From NCBI GenBank assembly GCA_039815185.1, contig JBCBZT010000002.1, forward strand, positions 160,001 through 224,000: a stretch of 64,000 bases of DNA, written 5' to 3'. The notes under the pieces are model-generated. The model saw only the letters and a list, made by a program, of their open reading frames with translations, did not search any database and had not been told where the DNA came from. The stretch is from Cyanobacteria bacterium P01_A01_bin.123. GTDB taxonomy: Bacteria > Cyanobacteriota > Cyanobacteriia > Phormidesmidales > Phormidesmidaceae. The position numbers and the translations under genes were made by a program. This document shows, piece by piece, positions 63,741-64,000 of this stretch (positions are counted from its first letter, which is position 1; each line of letters begins with the position of its first letter).

Positions 63741-63952
63741 AAACGCTTGACCATAAACTGCCGCGGGCTCAATATCCTTGGCTGTCATTAGATTTTAGAA
63801 ATCTATGGGTGATTTACCGCCCCTGCAACCAGGAAAAAGGCGAAATGCACTGGTACGAGTACGAACATTATATTTTTACGCATTATCCCAAGCGCTATAG
63901 CGATGTTCAGTTTGCGCGTCCCAGGCAACTCCTGAAATCTTTAAAGGCGTAA
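63740..63952 (+). pseudogene. HNH endonuclease C-terminal fragment
   Basis: Manual translation ETLDHKLPRAQYPWLSLDFRNLWVIYRPCNQEKGEMHW...LKSLKA*; no start; not in ORF track. Confidence 0.75.
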
Positions 63953-64000
63953 TTATTTTGAGGGGCATTCGAGATTCATAACAATCCCAATTTTATCAAG

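Overview
Chromosomal segment of a filamentous-type cyanobacterium: frequent HIP1 octamers (GCGATCGC), a beta-carboxysome operon and photosystem II genes. The Leptolyngbya/Nodosilinea-like assignment is inference only. Core content: partial nhaS3-like antiporter, Nit1-type amidase, the four-gene ATP-grasp/alpha-E/transglutaminase/Anbu module, psbM-ferredoxin-psbB-psbT-nrdR-rps1, metK, ccaA, murG, txlA, a TetR-led thiol-redox cluster, a potADBC-type polyamine ABC transporter, mrdA, gyrB, miaA, ccmK2K1LMNO divergent from ndhF4-ndhD4-cupB, DAHP synthase, cp12 and a FIST protein. The last ~13 kb are accessory. They hold a YehL(MoxR)-DUF5682-VWA operon with an inserted gene that looks like an enlarged NuiA nuclease-inhibitor homologue (best candidate for an undescribed system), a frameshifted LRR-kinase, and a decayed IS5/ISL2-flanked LuxR/DJ-1/DUF6220/rhodanese module next to an HNH nuclease fragment. 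Non-coding signals include a MITE sharing the IS terminal repeat, a 24-bp tandem array, three copies of a small inverted-repeat element (two inside the ccm operon) and three putative TetR operators. No tRNA, rRNA or CRISPR array was seen. All family assignments come from motif recognition by eye, not database searches.
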